Part shown: positions 1 through 11,998 of the stretch, in pieces
How positions within the stretch are numbered: the first letter of the stretch is position 1
How the letters are laid out: every line of letters begins with the position of its first letter
DNA from: Mobula hypostoma
Lineage: Eukaryota
Length of the DNA stretch: 64,000 nucleotides
Assembly: GCF_963921235.1 (NCBI RefSeq)
Contig: NC_086108.1
Location: 57,290,001 to 57,354,000 of the forward strand
Direction of reading: 5' to 3'
The notes under the pieces: generated by a model
Told to the model about the DNA's origin: nothing
The model's database searches: none
Seen by the model: only the letters and a program-made list of their open reading frames with translations
Translations under genes and position numbers: made by a program

Positions 1-648
1 CATCATCAAAAACATACCATCCCCCCTGTGAAGCATGGTGGTAGGTCCATCATGTTGTGGGGATGCTTCAGTGCAGCAGGCCTGGCAAGGTTTATGAAGG
101 TGGAGGGCAAAATGAATGCAGCAAAAATACAGAGAAATCCTGGACGAAAATCTGTTGCAGTCTGCACAGGAATGGCTTAAGGTCAAAGTTAATGTCCTAG
201 ACTGGCCAAGTCAGAGTCCAGACCTCAATCCAAAAGAGAATTTGTGGTTGGATTTGAAAAGGGCTGTACAGTCATGATCCCCATGCAGTCTAACAAAGAC
301 TGAGCAATTTCTTGAAAAAGATTTGGGAAAGATTGTAGAGTCCAGATGTGCAAAGCTGACAGAGACCCATCCATACAGACTCAAGACTATAATTGCTGCT
401 AAAGGTGCATCTACTAAATACTTGAAGGGGGTGACTACTACTTATGCAATCAATTATTTTGTGTTTTATATTTGTAATTAATTTAGATTACTTTGTAGAG
501 ATCTGTTTTCACTTTGACACAAAAGAGTCTTTTTCTGTTGATCAGTATCAAAAAAAGCCAAATTAAATCCCCTGTGATTCAATGTTATAAAACTCAAAAA
601 TTTCCAAGGGTGGTGGGGGCAAGTACTTTTTTTTATATAAGCACTATA
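1..648 (+). mobile_element. Tc1/mariner transposon remnant (3' half of transposase plus right end), decayed
   Basis: Translates in shifting frames to [18 protein letters not shown] ... [15 protein letters not shown] ... IAAKGASTKY, typical Tc1 motifs; the FQQDNDPKH block is deleted (jumps from LLQSA to QEWL); ends in gcactaTA resembling a Tc1 terminus. Confidence 0.85.
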
Positions 649-747
649 AATACAAATACCTTGTCAGGTATTTTGCCTTTACTGTACTTTAATAAATTTC
701 ACAGTTTTTCATTTGTCATTTCTTTATTATACAACTGGTGCTATTTA

Positions 748-937
748 CAGGGTATTTTAAAGGAAAGGTGACGTGATTATCAAATGGGTTAGGTGTTTAT
801 TTATTTAATCCTAACCCAACAACCTGTAATTTGTCAAAACCACAGGGTGCTTTAAAGATAGGGTGAGGTGATCATCAAGTGGGTTAGAGGTGTTTATTTA
901 ATCGTTACCCAACCACCTGTGATTCGGCAAAACCACT
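748..937. repeat. Two-copy diverged tandem duplication, period 95 bp
   Basis: cagggtattttaaagga...gtcaaaacca (from 748) repeats as cagggtgctttaaagata...ggcaaaacca (from 843). Confidence 0.8.
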
Positions 938-1039
938 AATACAGCACTGCACAGATTCCACTCCTTCCGGGTTTGTGGTAGTCTACCAGTACTCACTACT
1001 GAGCTACAATGGATATTCTATACAGATGAGCACAAAAAC

Positions 1040-1425
1040 AGGCCCTTTTACCCAATAATGAAATTAGTAATCAAATACGCAACTAAACTAATACCTTCTG
1101 CCAATGCAATCTCCATATCATTCCATTTCCTGCATATTTGCCTGTCTAGGAGACTCTTAAAATACCTCTACCACCATCCCAGTGAGAACATTCTAGGCAG
1201 CCAACGTTCCCAGTGTGTAAAATTGCCCTACACATCTGCTTTGAACTTCCCTCTCTCACCTTTCACATACATGATTTCTAGTATTAGACAGTTCAACCCT
1301 GGGAAAAATATATTAGTCATCTATTCCATCTATGCCCCTCATAATCTTATAACCTTCTATGAGATCACCTTTCAGCCTCTGCTGTTCCAGAGAAGACAAC
1401 CCAAGTTTGCTTAAACTTTCCTTAT
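1040..1425 (-). mobile_element. CR1-type LINE 3' end fragment
   Basis: Minus-strand translation LGLSSLEQQRLKGDLIEGYKIMRGID is the CR1 ORF2 C-terminal motif. Confidence 0.8.
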
Positions 1426-1429
1426 GGCT

Positions 1430-1680
1430 CAGACACAAAATGCTGGAGGAACTCAGCAGGCCAGGCAGCAAGTGGATGAACAGTCGACGTTTCGGGCAGA
1501 GACCCTTCTTTGGGACTGGGAAGGCAGGGGAAGATCCCAGAATAACAAAGTGGGGGAGAAGGGGAAGGAGGCTGGCTGGAAGGTGATAGTCAAGTGTGTG
1601 GGAAAGGTAAAGGGCTGGAAAAAGAGGAATCTGATAGAAAAGGAGAGTGGACCATGGGAGAAAGGAAAGAAGGAAGTTAA
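1430..1680 (-). mobile_element. Penelope-like pLTR fragment with dead hammerhead core
   Basis: Related to the 4282-4460 repeat; minus strand 1482-1517 reads agtc-CCAAAGA-agggtctctgccc-GAAA-cgtc-gact (core mutated from CTGANGA). Confidence 0.7.
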
Positions 1681-3325
1681 ATCCTTGCAAAGTGTCAGGC
1701 TCCAATGGTGCACCTGACAGCATGCTGAAAATATGTGCTAATGAACTGGCGGGAGTGTTCAAAGACATCTTCAATCTCTCCCTGCTGCAGTTGGAGAATC
1801 CGTCTGCTTCAAAAGCGTGACAATCATATCAATGCCCAAGAAGGGTAGGGTGAGCTGCCTCAACAACTTTCGCCCAGTTGCACTCGTATCTGCTGTGATA
1901 AAGTGTTTTGAGGCATTAGTCATGGCTAGAATCAACTCCTCCCTAAGCAAGGACCTGGACCCACTGTAATTTGCCTATTGTCACAATGGGTCTGCAGAGG
2001 ATGGAATCGCACTGGGATTCCACTTGGCCTTGGATCACCTGGACAATAGCAATACCCATGTCAGGCTGCTACTTATTAATTACAGCTCAGTGTTCACCAC
2101 CATCATACCCTCAATTCTAATCAACATGCTCCAAAACATGAGCCTCTGTACCTCCCTCTGCAACTAGATCCTGGATTTCCTCATCAGGAGACCACAGTCA
2201 GTGCAGATTGGAAGTAACATCTCCTCTTCACTAACAATCAACTGTTCCTTCATTGTAGCTGGGTCAAAATCATGGAATTCCCTCCCTCATAGCACTGTGG
2301 GTGTACCTGCACATCAGGGACTGCAGCAGTTCAAGAAGGCAGCTCATCACCACCTTCTCAAGGGCAACTAGGGATGGGCAATAAATGCTGGCTTAGCTGA
2401 TGAGGCCCACATCCCATAAATAAATTTTTAAAAAATCCACACTTGTGCACCTCAGGATGCCAACTTAGTCCATGGCTCTTCCCTCTCTACACCAATGATT
2501 GTGTGGCAAGGCACAACTCAAACACCATCTATCAATTTCCCAATGTTGACAGAATTTCCAGTGGTGACAAGGAGGCATATAGGAGTGAGATGGATCAGCT
2601 TGTGAGTGGTGTCACAACAGCAACCTTGCATTCAATGTCAATAAGACCAAAGAATTGATTGTGGACTTCAGGAAGGGGAAATTGAGGGGTCAGCAGTGGA
2701 ATGCGTGAGCAGTTTCGAGTTCCTGCGTGTCAGCATCTCTGAAGCCCTACCCTGGGCTCAACATATTGATGCAGTTACAAAGACGGCATGTCAGCAGCTA
2801 TATTTTATTAGGACTTTGAAGAGAGTTGGTATGTTACCAAAAATTCTCGTAATTTCCAACAGATGTACCAAGGAGAACATTCTAACTGATTACATCTCCA
2901 TTTAATATGGAGAGGCTCCTGCACAGGATCAGAAAAAAGCTTCAGAAAGTTGTAAACTCAGCCATGCCATCATAGGCATCAGCTTCCCCAGCACTAAGGG
3001 CATCTTCAAAACGTAAAGCCTCAAAAAGGTGGAAATCATCATTAGGGACCCCTCTTACATAGGGCGTGCCCTCTTCCCATTGCTGCCATCAAAGTGGAGG
3101 TAAACGAGCCTGAAGACAGATGCTCAGCATTTTACGAACACGTTCTTCTGTACTATCAGATTTCTGAATGGACAATGAACCTAGGTACACTATCTGACTA
3201 CTTTTTCCCTTTTTTGCACTACATTATATATTTCTTATTATAATTTAGTCTTTTTAAAATCATGTATTGCAATGTACTGCTATTGTTAATTAACATATTT
3301 AACAACATATGCCAGTGATTCTGCT
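1680..3325 (+). mobile_element. Rex1/Babar-type LINE, RT region to 3' UTR, decayed
   Basis: Fragments such as CANELAGVFKDIFNLSL, LYTNDCVARHNSNTIY, AYRSEMDQL, SFEFLRVSISEALPWAQHID, with frameshifts and stops. Confidence 0.8.
2243..2435 (+). mobile_element. Nested 3' terminus of another non-LTR element (CR1-group LINE or SINE tail)
   Basis: ttcaagaaggcagctcatcaccaccttctcaagggcaactagggatgggcaataaatgctggc...cccacatccc followed by an A/T tail interrupts the Rex RT; a degenerate minus-strand relative lies near 17020-17100. Confidence 0.6.
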
Positions 3326-3334
3326 AATACGATT

Positions 3335-4030
3335 CGATTTGCCCCACACAAAGCCATGCTGACTGTCCCTGACTAGTGCATGGTTTTCCAAATGCTCATA
3401 AATCCTAACTCTAAGAATCCTCTCCATTAACTCCCCTACCATCAAAACATAGAAAACCTACAGCACAATACAGGCCCTTTGGCCCACAATACTATGCCGA
3501 ACATGTCCTTACTTTAGAAATTACCTAGGGTTACCCACAGCCCTCTATTTTTCCAAGCTCCATGTATCTATCCAGGAGTCTCTTAAAAGACCCTATAGTA
3601 TCTGTCTCTAGCAACATCGCCGGCAGCGCATTCCACGCACTTACCACTCTCTGCGTAGAAAACTTACCCCTGACATCTCCTCTGTACCTACTTCCAAACA
3701 CCTTAAAACTGTGCCCTCTCGTGTTAGCCATTTCAGCCCTGGAAAAAAGACTCTGTCTAGCCACACAATCAATGCCCCGCATCATCTTATACACCTTTTA
3801 TCAGGTCACCTCTTATCCTCTGTCACTGCAAGGAGAAAAGGCAGAGTTCACTCAACTCATTAATGAGAGTCTCACTCATCTATAGTTTACAGGATTACCC
3901 TTATTTCCCTTCTTGAATAATGGAACAACTTTAGCTTCTTGCCTGTCCTCTAGCGACTCACTTGTTGCTAGGGAGGACATGAAGATGAAAAGAAAGGAAA
4001 CAACTTTCCTCAACTTTGAATACTTCTGGG
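3335..4030 (-). mobile_element. CR1 RT fragment with nested younger CR1 3' end (about 3445-3860)
   Basis: ORF 3531-3794 MYKMMRGID...TRGHSFKV...FSTQRVVSAWNALP is the CR1 C-terminus; flanks carry CR1 RT sequence (caaagccatgctgact = SQHGF on minus). Confidence 0.8.
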
Positions 4031-4323
4031 CTATTTTCAAATAATTTACTCAATGAACATTTGAATCGGCAGACCATGCTACATAGACAATTGAAAGCTG
4101 TCTTAGATAACACTGATATTTCCTGATTTCCTTTTGGCATTGCCTAAAGCTATCATGCTGGCAAATGGGTGTAGCACCAGAGTGAGTCATATCTCTGCCA
4201 TTCACATCAAGCAACATTAACATGTGCTTTTGGAGAAATTAGGGAGAAATTAGGGAAAAATAAACCCTGGAAAGCAATAAACCCCTCCAGCTTTCAAATC
4301 GCTTACTCACTCTTCCTTCAGTT

Positions 4324-4359
4324 AGTCCTGATGAAGGGTCTCGGCCTGAAACGTCGACT
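4324..4359 (+). ncRNA. Minimal type I hammerhead ribozyme motif (copy 1)
   Basis: AGTC-CTGATGA-AGGgtctcggCCT-GAAA-CG-TC-GACT: stem I AGTC/GACT, core CUGAUGA and GAAA, stem II AGG/CCT, palindromic ACGT in place of helix III, predicted cleavage after C4355. Confidence 0.75.
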
Positions 4360-4415
4360 GCGCCTCTTCCTATAGATGCTGCTTGGCCTGCTGCATTCAC
4401 CAGCAATTTTGATGT

Positions 4416-4985
4416 ATGTTGCTTGAATTTCCAGCATCTGCAGAATTCCTGTTGTTTGCGTTTAAATTCACTACTGCGAAGCCTCTTCCGGTGATGCCTA
4501 CACCGAAGAAGTTTAGATCCTCTCTTCGACGGGAGTTCAGTGAAACCATCTCTCACTGCTCCCCATCTGTAATTTCTTCGGCTCTTCAACTTTTCGACCA
4601 CACTTTGACTCAAACTCGCTATCACAGCCATATATCCTTTCTTGGAACGTGCCTCCGTCGCCAATTTACTCTAGTTGGCTTTAGGATTCGTTTCCAAGCC
4701 TCTCAATTTGGACCTTCTGAGGATCCCAGGTACTCACATTTTATTGGCTCTGCCTCTCGCCGCTTCTCCCGTCAAGCTCTGAAGGCGATGCTCTCCGCCA
4801 TGAGGAGGTACTTGGTGTCCCTATCCCAGGCCCTTCCACACCTTCGGGACACTTTCTTCGCCGTCTGTAATGGTCCTACCCGTTATTTCATCCCCTCCAG
4901 CTTTCAAATCCCTTACTTACTCTTCCTTCAGTTAGTCCTGACGAAGGGTCTCGGCCTGAAACGTCGACTGCGCCTCTTCCTATAG
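4416..4985 (+). CDS. Open ORF (189 aa; about 163 aa from ATG 4494) resembling the N-terminal domain of a Penelope-like element protein, truncated before RT
   Basis: RYHSHISFLGTCLRRQFTLVGFRI resembles the H-x-x-FL-x-x-C...GF motif of PLE ORF N-termini; directly follows the pLTR; no RT or GIY-YIG domain; the C-terminal end reads into pLTR copy 2. Expression not shown. Confidence 0.55.
   Translation: MLLEFPASAEFLLFAFKFTTAKPLPVMPTPKKFRSSLRREFSETISHCSPSVISSALQLFDHTLTQTRYHSHISFLGTCLRRQFTLVGFRIRFQASQFGPSEDPRYSHFIGSASRRFSRQALKAMLSAMRRYLVSLSQALPHLRDTFFAVCNGPTRYFIPSSFQIPYLLFLQLVLTKGLGLKRRLRLFL
4934..4969 (+). ncRNA. Minimal type I hammerhead ribozyme motif (copy 2)
   Basis: AGTC-CTGACGA-AGGgtctcggCCT-GAAA-CG-TC-GACT; predicted cleavage after C4965. 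Confidence 0.75.
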
Positions 4986-5529
4986 ATGCTGCTTGGCCTG
5001 CTGCGTTCACCAGCAACTTTGATGTATGTTCCTGGAAAGCAATAATTATTTACAACTACAACACCTTTGCATTTCAGGTAGCAATAATCATGCCTAAGGA
5101 CAACTATTTTGAGGATGACCACAAGAAACTGCAGAGATTTGTGGCCAGAGCTCAGTATATCACAGAAACCAACCTCCCCTTCATGGATTTCTTGGTGCCT
5201 CAGTAAAGCAGCTGGCATCAAAGACCTTACTAACCCCAGACGTTCTCTCTTCTCCCCCCTTCCTTCCAGCAGAAACCGCATCCCACCATCTCAAGGACAG
5301 CATTGGGTGGCACATGGGTTTGGGTGATCCAGATGAAGGGTCTTGGTCCGAAACATTGACTTACTACGTTGCCCGAGTTCCTCCAGCATTTTCCCGTGAG
5401 TTGCTCAGGGACAGTTTCTGCCCCCGTTGTTGTAAGACTACTGAATAATTTCCCAGTAGGTAAAAAAGACTCTTGACCTTACAATCTACTTCATTATGAT
5501 CTTGCACCTTATTGTATACCTGTGCTGCA

Positions 5530-6380
5530 CTTGACGTAGGTGCCTCAGACTGCTGAAGTGAGGGGTTAAAGATTTCAGTGAATTCTTCAGCCATTTGATC
5601 AGCACAGGTACCCAATATGGGCCAAATGGGTTCACCCTCCTGAAGGAAGGATACTCTCATGTCAGCCTCAGAGACTGAAATCACAGGGTTGTCAAGGGCT
5701 GTGGGAGTTTGTGAAGGTTCCTCCATGTCTTGATGGCCAAAGCAAGCATAGAATGCATTAAGCTCATCTGCGAGTGACGCCTCGATGTCACCTGTGTTGC
5801 TTAGTTTCACTTTGCCAAGCTTCTTTCAGTGATTCGAGTTTGATCCAGAGTTGCCACTTCTCACGTGAAACGGCTTTCCAGGGATCGAACCTGGATTTCT
5901 TGCGTCTTACTTGGTCACCAGACATGAATGCCACTAATCTGGCCCTCAGCAGATTGCAGGTCTCCTGTTTCATCTGGGGCTTCCGACTGGGGACATTCAA
6001 CCACAACCGTTTCCATAAAGTCCGTGACAGCCACTGGGATTCATTCAGATCCCCTGATCAGTCCTTGAACACAGCCCAGTCCACCTACCTGGAGCAATTG
6101 CAATCCCATAGATGCTCCTCTGCCTCCTGTGACTGGGCCTCGGCACGGAATGGTTGGCATTCCTAATCATAGTGTAGCAGTGATAATGTGCTGGGACCGC
6201 ACCCCCCTCCCCTCCCCTCCCCTCCCCACCCCCGGTGCTGCAGGTTATTTGTTGATGATAATTGAGCAGAGGTTTCTTCAAACAAGCCTGACTGAAGTCC
6301 CTCACTATGATATGACATGTGTTGGGGGTGGGCTGTTTCTTGTTTGGTGATGGCAGCATTATCTCGCATGCCTGATTAAA
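5530..6380 (-). mobile_element. Rex1/Babar-type LINE fragment (endonuclease end / EN-RT linker)
   Basis: ASLADELNAFYACF, CADQMAEEFTEIFNPSLQQSEAPT, IIVRDFSQACLKKPLLNYHQQITCST; short plus-strand Rex 3' pieces at about 5100-5515. Confidence 0.75.
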
Positions 6381-9300
6381 ATTGGCTTTTGCCGATATGT
6401 TAACTCAAGAAAGGTAGGCAGTCATATACAAGGGGTGAGGGGAGGGGTTAAGTTCCAATGGGCGTGGCACATTACAAGACAAGGAGACGCTGATAGACTT
6501 TTGGATACTGAAGTAGTAGGGTTACGGTGCTATTGGAGGAGTCTGTCTCCAAAGTAAAAACAAAAATCAGCTATTACAGAAGGGTAAAACAGTCACAAAA
6601 ACAAAGTAGCTTCTCCTAGCTCTATTTATGTTACACACTGCACTGTCATTACCAGGTTGTCCATTGTAGTATCAATATATTGCACTACCCACATTTAACC
6701 CAATGCATTGCAACATTATACTTCAATTTCTTACTGTCACTCAACTCCTACTTCATTATTAGGACCATTAAGAGGCTAATAAACACATAATTTCCTTTCC
6801 AGTGCATGGATCTGTGTTGGGGATAATTATGAGTTGTTTTTTTAAATTAACTAACAATTAACTAACCCAAGTCATGTTAATAAAATTTGACAAAGAAGAT
6901 ACCAGGATGTGTGACTAAAAAAAATCTCAATTAGGTAAGTTTTAAAGAACATGATAAAAGACAGATATTGAACGGAATTTCCAGAGATTAGGAACTCAGC
7001 AATTGAAGGCACATTTGCCAGCGTGATATTGAAGACAGGTGTCAGAACTGGAGCAGTCCAGAGATCTGATGAGGTACCTAGAATAAAAGAGGACACTGAA
7101 GTACAGTGTCACTAAAACACAAAGATTTGAAAGGGAGAGTGAGGGATAGCTAGTATTGACTCATGTAAAATATAGGAAAATCGTACAGAACATGGATTCT
7201 ACCTGTCTCCTGTTGACCAAACTCCATGGTATCAAATGTAAAAGTAACTCAGCTGTATCAATCTGTAAATAATGGGCCCACCATGGACCTGTTTTTGGTG
7301 CAGACTAGGGGTCAAGAAAGACTGTGTGACAGGACCAATTTTCTTGCTGCATTTCGATTCTAAATTGATTCCTGCTGGATTCGAGTTATTCTGTAAGATC
7401 AACTGAAATCTGATCAATTTTTTTTCCAGCCCAACCTTAACTTACAGTAGGCGGACAAAGTTCCAAGTCACTATTGATCCTTAATTGCAGTAAACAAGTA
7501 TACCATGCACTAAACACCCAGACAGCAGCAACATCCCTGCCATACAACACAATTTCTTCCCCAAATCTCCATTCTTTGACAAACCAGGGTCTCCAAGGAT
7601 GAGGCTGGTGGTTCAATATCTGTGTCCAGGTCAGGGACTAGAGCTTAGAGGTCCAATATCCAAGACTGAAAGACCTGGACCAAGGACTAGAGATTGCAGG
7701 CCCGTACTGAGATTACAGACCTGTCTGTGAGTGTGGGTAGGAAAGGGGCTTGCTTTGCTGTTGTTTGTTGTTCTGCTGAACACAGTAGGCATATTATGTT
7801 GGTGCTGAAATTTGTGGGGACACACGCAGGCTGCTCCCAGCACATCCCTGGGTTGTGTTGGTTGTTAACACAAATGACACATTGCACTATGTGTTTTAAT
7901 GTGCACGTGATAATAAATACAAATCTGAATCTGTATTTTCCCCAAATTTCACTTGGTGGTTTGCTCAGAGACATCAATGTGGTTTTTGGCTCAAATGGCT
8001 CATAGATCTTTACTTCATATTGTCTCCCCACCCTTCTGAAAGAGGTTACTTGGTAATGTATGATTCCTTAAGCAACAACCTTCAAAGATTATTCTGAATA
8101 AGTCTGGTGTTAAAATATCAGCTTTTAATAAATATTCACTCTTTTCATGTCTCACTTTAAGCACATCAACTTGCTTAACAAGTCTTGGTCCCTGTGGCAC
8201 ATATTGTTTTGGGTTTTACGCCAGTCTTTCTACTCATTAATTTCACAGCTCAATGTGGATAACGACTGAACAGCAAATAAGAATTTCTGCTCCATTTCAC
8301 CAACTTGCTGCAGAAAGAAACTGACAATAATTTAGCAGTCAGGAAACCTAAAGAACATCTTAGACAAGAAGCAACACAGCAAAGCTTCCCTCATACGTAC
8401 TGCACAAAGCAGCTTTTAGAAATACTTCACTTTCATTCCCATAATTCCCAGCTGTAAATGAGCAATGTTTGTGGTCTACATTCCCAAGATGTCAAGATGT
8501 GGCATCAAAAAGTTGGTGAAAATCAACATTCAGCAACTTAAAAAGAACTCAAAACTTCCATCGTTCTCTGCCTATTGCCCTGAGCAAGTAGATAAATGCA
8601 TTAAGAGCCACAGAGATCAAGGTCTTCTGTTCAATTCTGAGCAGATTAGGGCTCTACCACAGCCCAAAATATGACAACTCCTTAACCATGCAATCACCTC
8701 TGGCCCAATAACCTCAAATATTCTCACTTAGCAGAGGTCACCGGATAATGATTTAGAACAACCTCTTCCTTCACAACACTGCGAAAAGAAAACCTCAAAA
8801 TTTCTGTGATCAATTGTAAAATCCTGACAACCATCCCAGCCAAGATTAACATATGCTACACACATAGAGAATAAAACTGCAGTTTCTAATCCTACCTGCC
8901 CCAGAGGCTTCGAGACAAGCTTTATTAAATGAAGAATAATCTTCAATTTTTTTCACCCACTTCTGTACTGATTGATTTCTTGGACACTGCATAGCTGTAG
9001 GGTATTTTAGATTGTCTTAGTGAGATACTTACTATTAGGACAAGCACCAATCTTTCAGATTTTATTCTACAAAGATTTCCATACCATCATCCTTGCATTT
9101 TATTTTTAGTTACTGTTGAGACTTTAAATGCTACTCAGCAAGAAGAGGAGTGGGCATTTAGACTTGCTTGTCTGATCCTCTCGATCCTCTAGGCTGTACT
9201 GAAGGTTCCTGATTTGAATGCTCACTGGATAAACTCTTGAGCCTTCAGGGGAATCCTAAAGTGCTATTTAATGACAATGCAAATGTTTAACCAGAACCAA

Positions 9301-10119
9301 AAACCCGGTCATAGAGAGAGGAATATTTCTCATAAACTATAGCTACAACACTATCCAATGCATGCTATGTGTAATCACAAACAAAAGAATTTATTTATAG
9401 CGCAATCAACTTCTGCAGTTTTTTGATCATCTGATTGGAAAAAAAGAGTGCACTGCACACTGAAATAGGCTCAGCAGGTGGCAGAGCAGCTCAGAAATGG
9501 GGGTGCTTTTCATTTCCTATTATATGGCTCCCTGTAGATCAAGAACTAAACGATGCAAGACATACTTTAAAAAAAACATTCCTAGTGGAAGAATTGTGTG
9601 CAGATATTCCAAGCACATTTTTGAATTATAAAATATTGAATCGCTCAATCTTCTTTTCCAAAGTATCTCCCCACTCCTCTCAGGTTTTGGATTCTTGCTG
9701 GTCAGGAAACGTGCAAGTGCCAGACCTTCCTGAGAGTTCCAAGCTAACTATATGGCTGCAAGATTTTCAAATCACAAAGAGCATTACATCCAATCAAGAT
9801 CCTATTCTCAGATTTGTAGCTATTAATTAGACAACAGTTTATCTCAGTAAATACTAGAAAATGTGTAACACAGGGATAAAGTGTGATGAACATTACATAT
9901 CCATCTTTAGTTCCTAATTATCTGTCTGTAATAAGTCAATTACTTGTTCAAAGGTTTAAATTTTTAATTTCCCCAATGGCTGAAAGGGTAATTGCATTGA
10001 TAAGTTTGAAAATGAACCACATAAACCACATAAGGCCCAATGTGTTAAAAAGCAGAGCTCTACAAAACGGACCTTGGTAAATGAGATGTGCAAAAATAAA
10101 ACTAGAAGACCGATGCATG

Positions 10120-10905
10120 TTCTGCTGAATTCCTCTTCCTGATGTCCACAATTAGTTCCTTGGTCTCACTAATGTTGACTGTGAGGTTAATGTTGCAATA
10201 CCACTTAACCAACTGATCTATCTCACTCTTGTAAGCCTCATCAACACCATCTGGGATCCTACCAACAATAGTTGTGGCATCTTCATATTTATAGATGGTG
10301 TGAGTTGTGCTTGGGCCACAATGTCATGAGTCTAAAGAGGGTAGAGCAGTGGGCTGAACACATATCCTTGAAATGCACCTCTGTTGACAGTGACCAAGGA
10401 GATGTTATTTTGATCTGTTGTGACTGTGGTCTCTCAGTAAGAAAGTTGAGGATCCAGTTGCACAGGGAGGTAAAAAGGAACAGGGTATGAAGTTTGATTA
10501 TAAGCACTGAGGAAATTAAGGTTTTAAATGCTGAGTTGTAATCAAAAAACAATAGCCTTCCATGTGTCTTGCAGTTGTCTAGGAGCCAATGACTTTGCAG
10601 CTGTTCTAGACCTGTTGTGGCAGTAGTGAATTGCAGCAGGTCCAAATCATTGTTCAGGTAGGAGTTAATTCGAGCCATGACCACCTCTCAAAGCACTTCA
10701 GTGGGGAGGATGTGAGAGCTACCAGGTGATAGGCATTGAGGCAGCTCTTCTTAGGCACTGATTGGACAAAGATTGTTGCCCTCTTGAAGCAGGAGGAACT
10801 TTAGACTGCACCAATGAGTAATTCAAGACGTCCTCGAATAATCCAGTCAGTTGACCAGCACAGGTTTTAAGTACTCAGCTAGGTACACTGTGGGGGCCTG
10901 ATGCC
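10120..10905 (-). mobile_element. Rex1/Babar-type RT fragment
   Basis: RLLFFDYNSAFKTLISSVLIIKL ... SLCNWILNFLTERPQS. Confidence 0.8.
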
Positions 10906-11129
10906 TTCTGAAGAACATTCTGACTCTGAGATAGATAATCATAGCAGAAAATACTGCAAACTGACAAAGTGTCTTCAAACCAAAAAACTGCTCCTCTTTC
11001 TACTGAGTTTTGCCTGTTCAGCACTTTGTTTTTTATTTCAGATCTCCAGCATCTGGAGTTACAATGGTTTTCACTATGAGGATTGTTTTTGTTTCTCCCA
11101 CCACTTGTAGCATGTTCTTGAATCATCTG

Positions 11130-11990
11130 CTAATGGGAAAAGCTATCTAATCCATCCAAATATGCCTTGATCCAACATATTTCTATCAAATCCTTTTTAA
11201 TGCTGTTTGTTGCAAAGAAGGCAATACCAATTTCTCTATCTAATGAAATCATTTTTGTAAATATTCCTGAAACAGTTTAGGATCTTCTGAAACAATTTTA
11301 TAAAGAATCCTGTCTGCACCCTATGCATATATTTATGAAGTTTCCTTGCCTTTGAACCCAGAATCCTATATATTTACTAACTACTCTCTCAAAGTGCTCT
11401 GTAACTTTCAACAATCTATGCACGTTATCTGTGCAAGTACCTTCAGTTCCTGTAAATTCTTTAGTACTACACTAGTCTATTTTGCCTCTTCCATTATTTA
11501 TTAAAAAATTCATCACTTCTGCCACTAGTTTGCACATTGTTTCATCCTATCTCATCCTATTATGCTCCATAATGTTCACCCCTCGTTTTGACCCATCTGC
11601 AATTTTTTCTCTGTATATCTGAGCTTCTTCCCACCTCACACCACCATCATCTCTGATAAAAAATATTTGTTTATCACAACTCTGCTTTTATCCAAAGCCA
11701 AATTTCTTATCCATGATCATAAGCTGCAATTTTTGCTAATCAGCATTTCACATACAATTGTTGACAAACATCTTCAAAAAATCCAAAGAGTTGAAATTTA
11801 CTTCATTCCCTTCATCAATTCGTTTCACCAAAAGATTCAATCAGGTTTGACAAATACAAATTGCCTTCATTGCATCAGTGCTGGCTCTCCATATTAACTT
11901 CTATTACAAGTGCCTTATATTTTCATCTCTCTGGTTACTGTTTCCAACAACTTCTTTGTACCAAAGTTGAATTAACTGTCCTCCAATTGC
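11130..11990 (-). mobile_element. Old, highly diverged CR1-like remnant
   Basis: Degenerate similarity to the minus-strand CR1 RT sequence seen in the younger copies; no long ORF. Confidence 0.4.
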
Positions 11991-11998
11991 TAGGTGTG

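Larger units (their letters stand above)
4281..5030 (+). mobile_element. Non-autonomous Penelope-like element: pLTR - 5' ORF fragment - pLTR, 15-bp TSD
   Basis: 139-bp direct repeats at 4282-4420 and 4892-5030 (5 mismatches); flanked by direct repeat cctggaaagcaataa at 4266-4280 and 5031-5045; each repeat holds a hammerhead motif. Confidence 0.85.
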
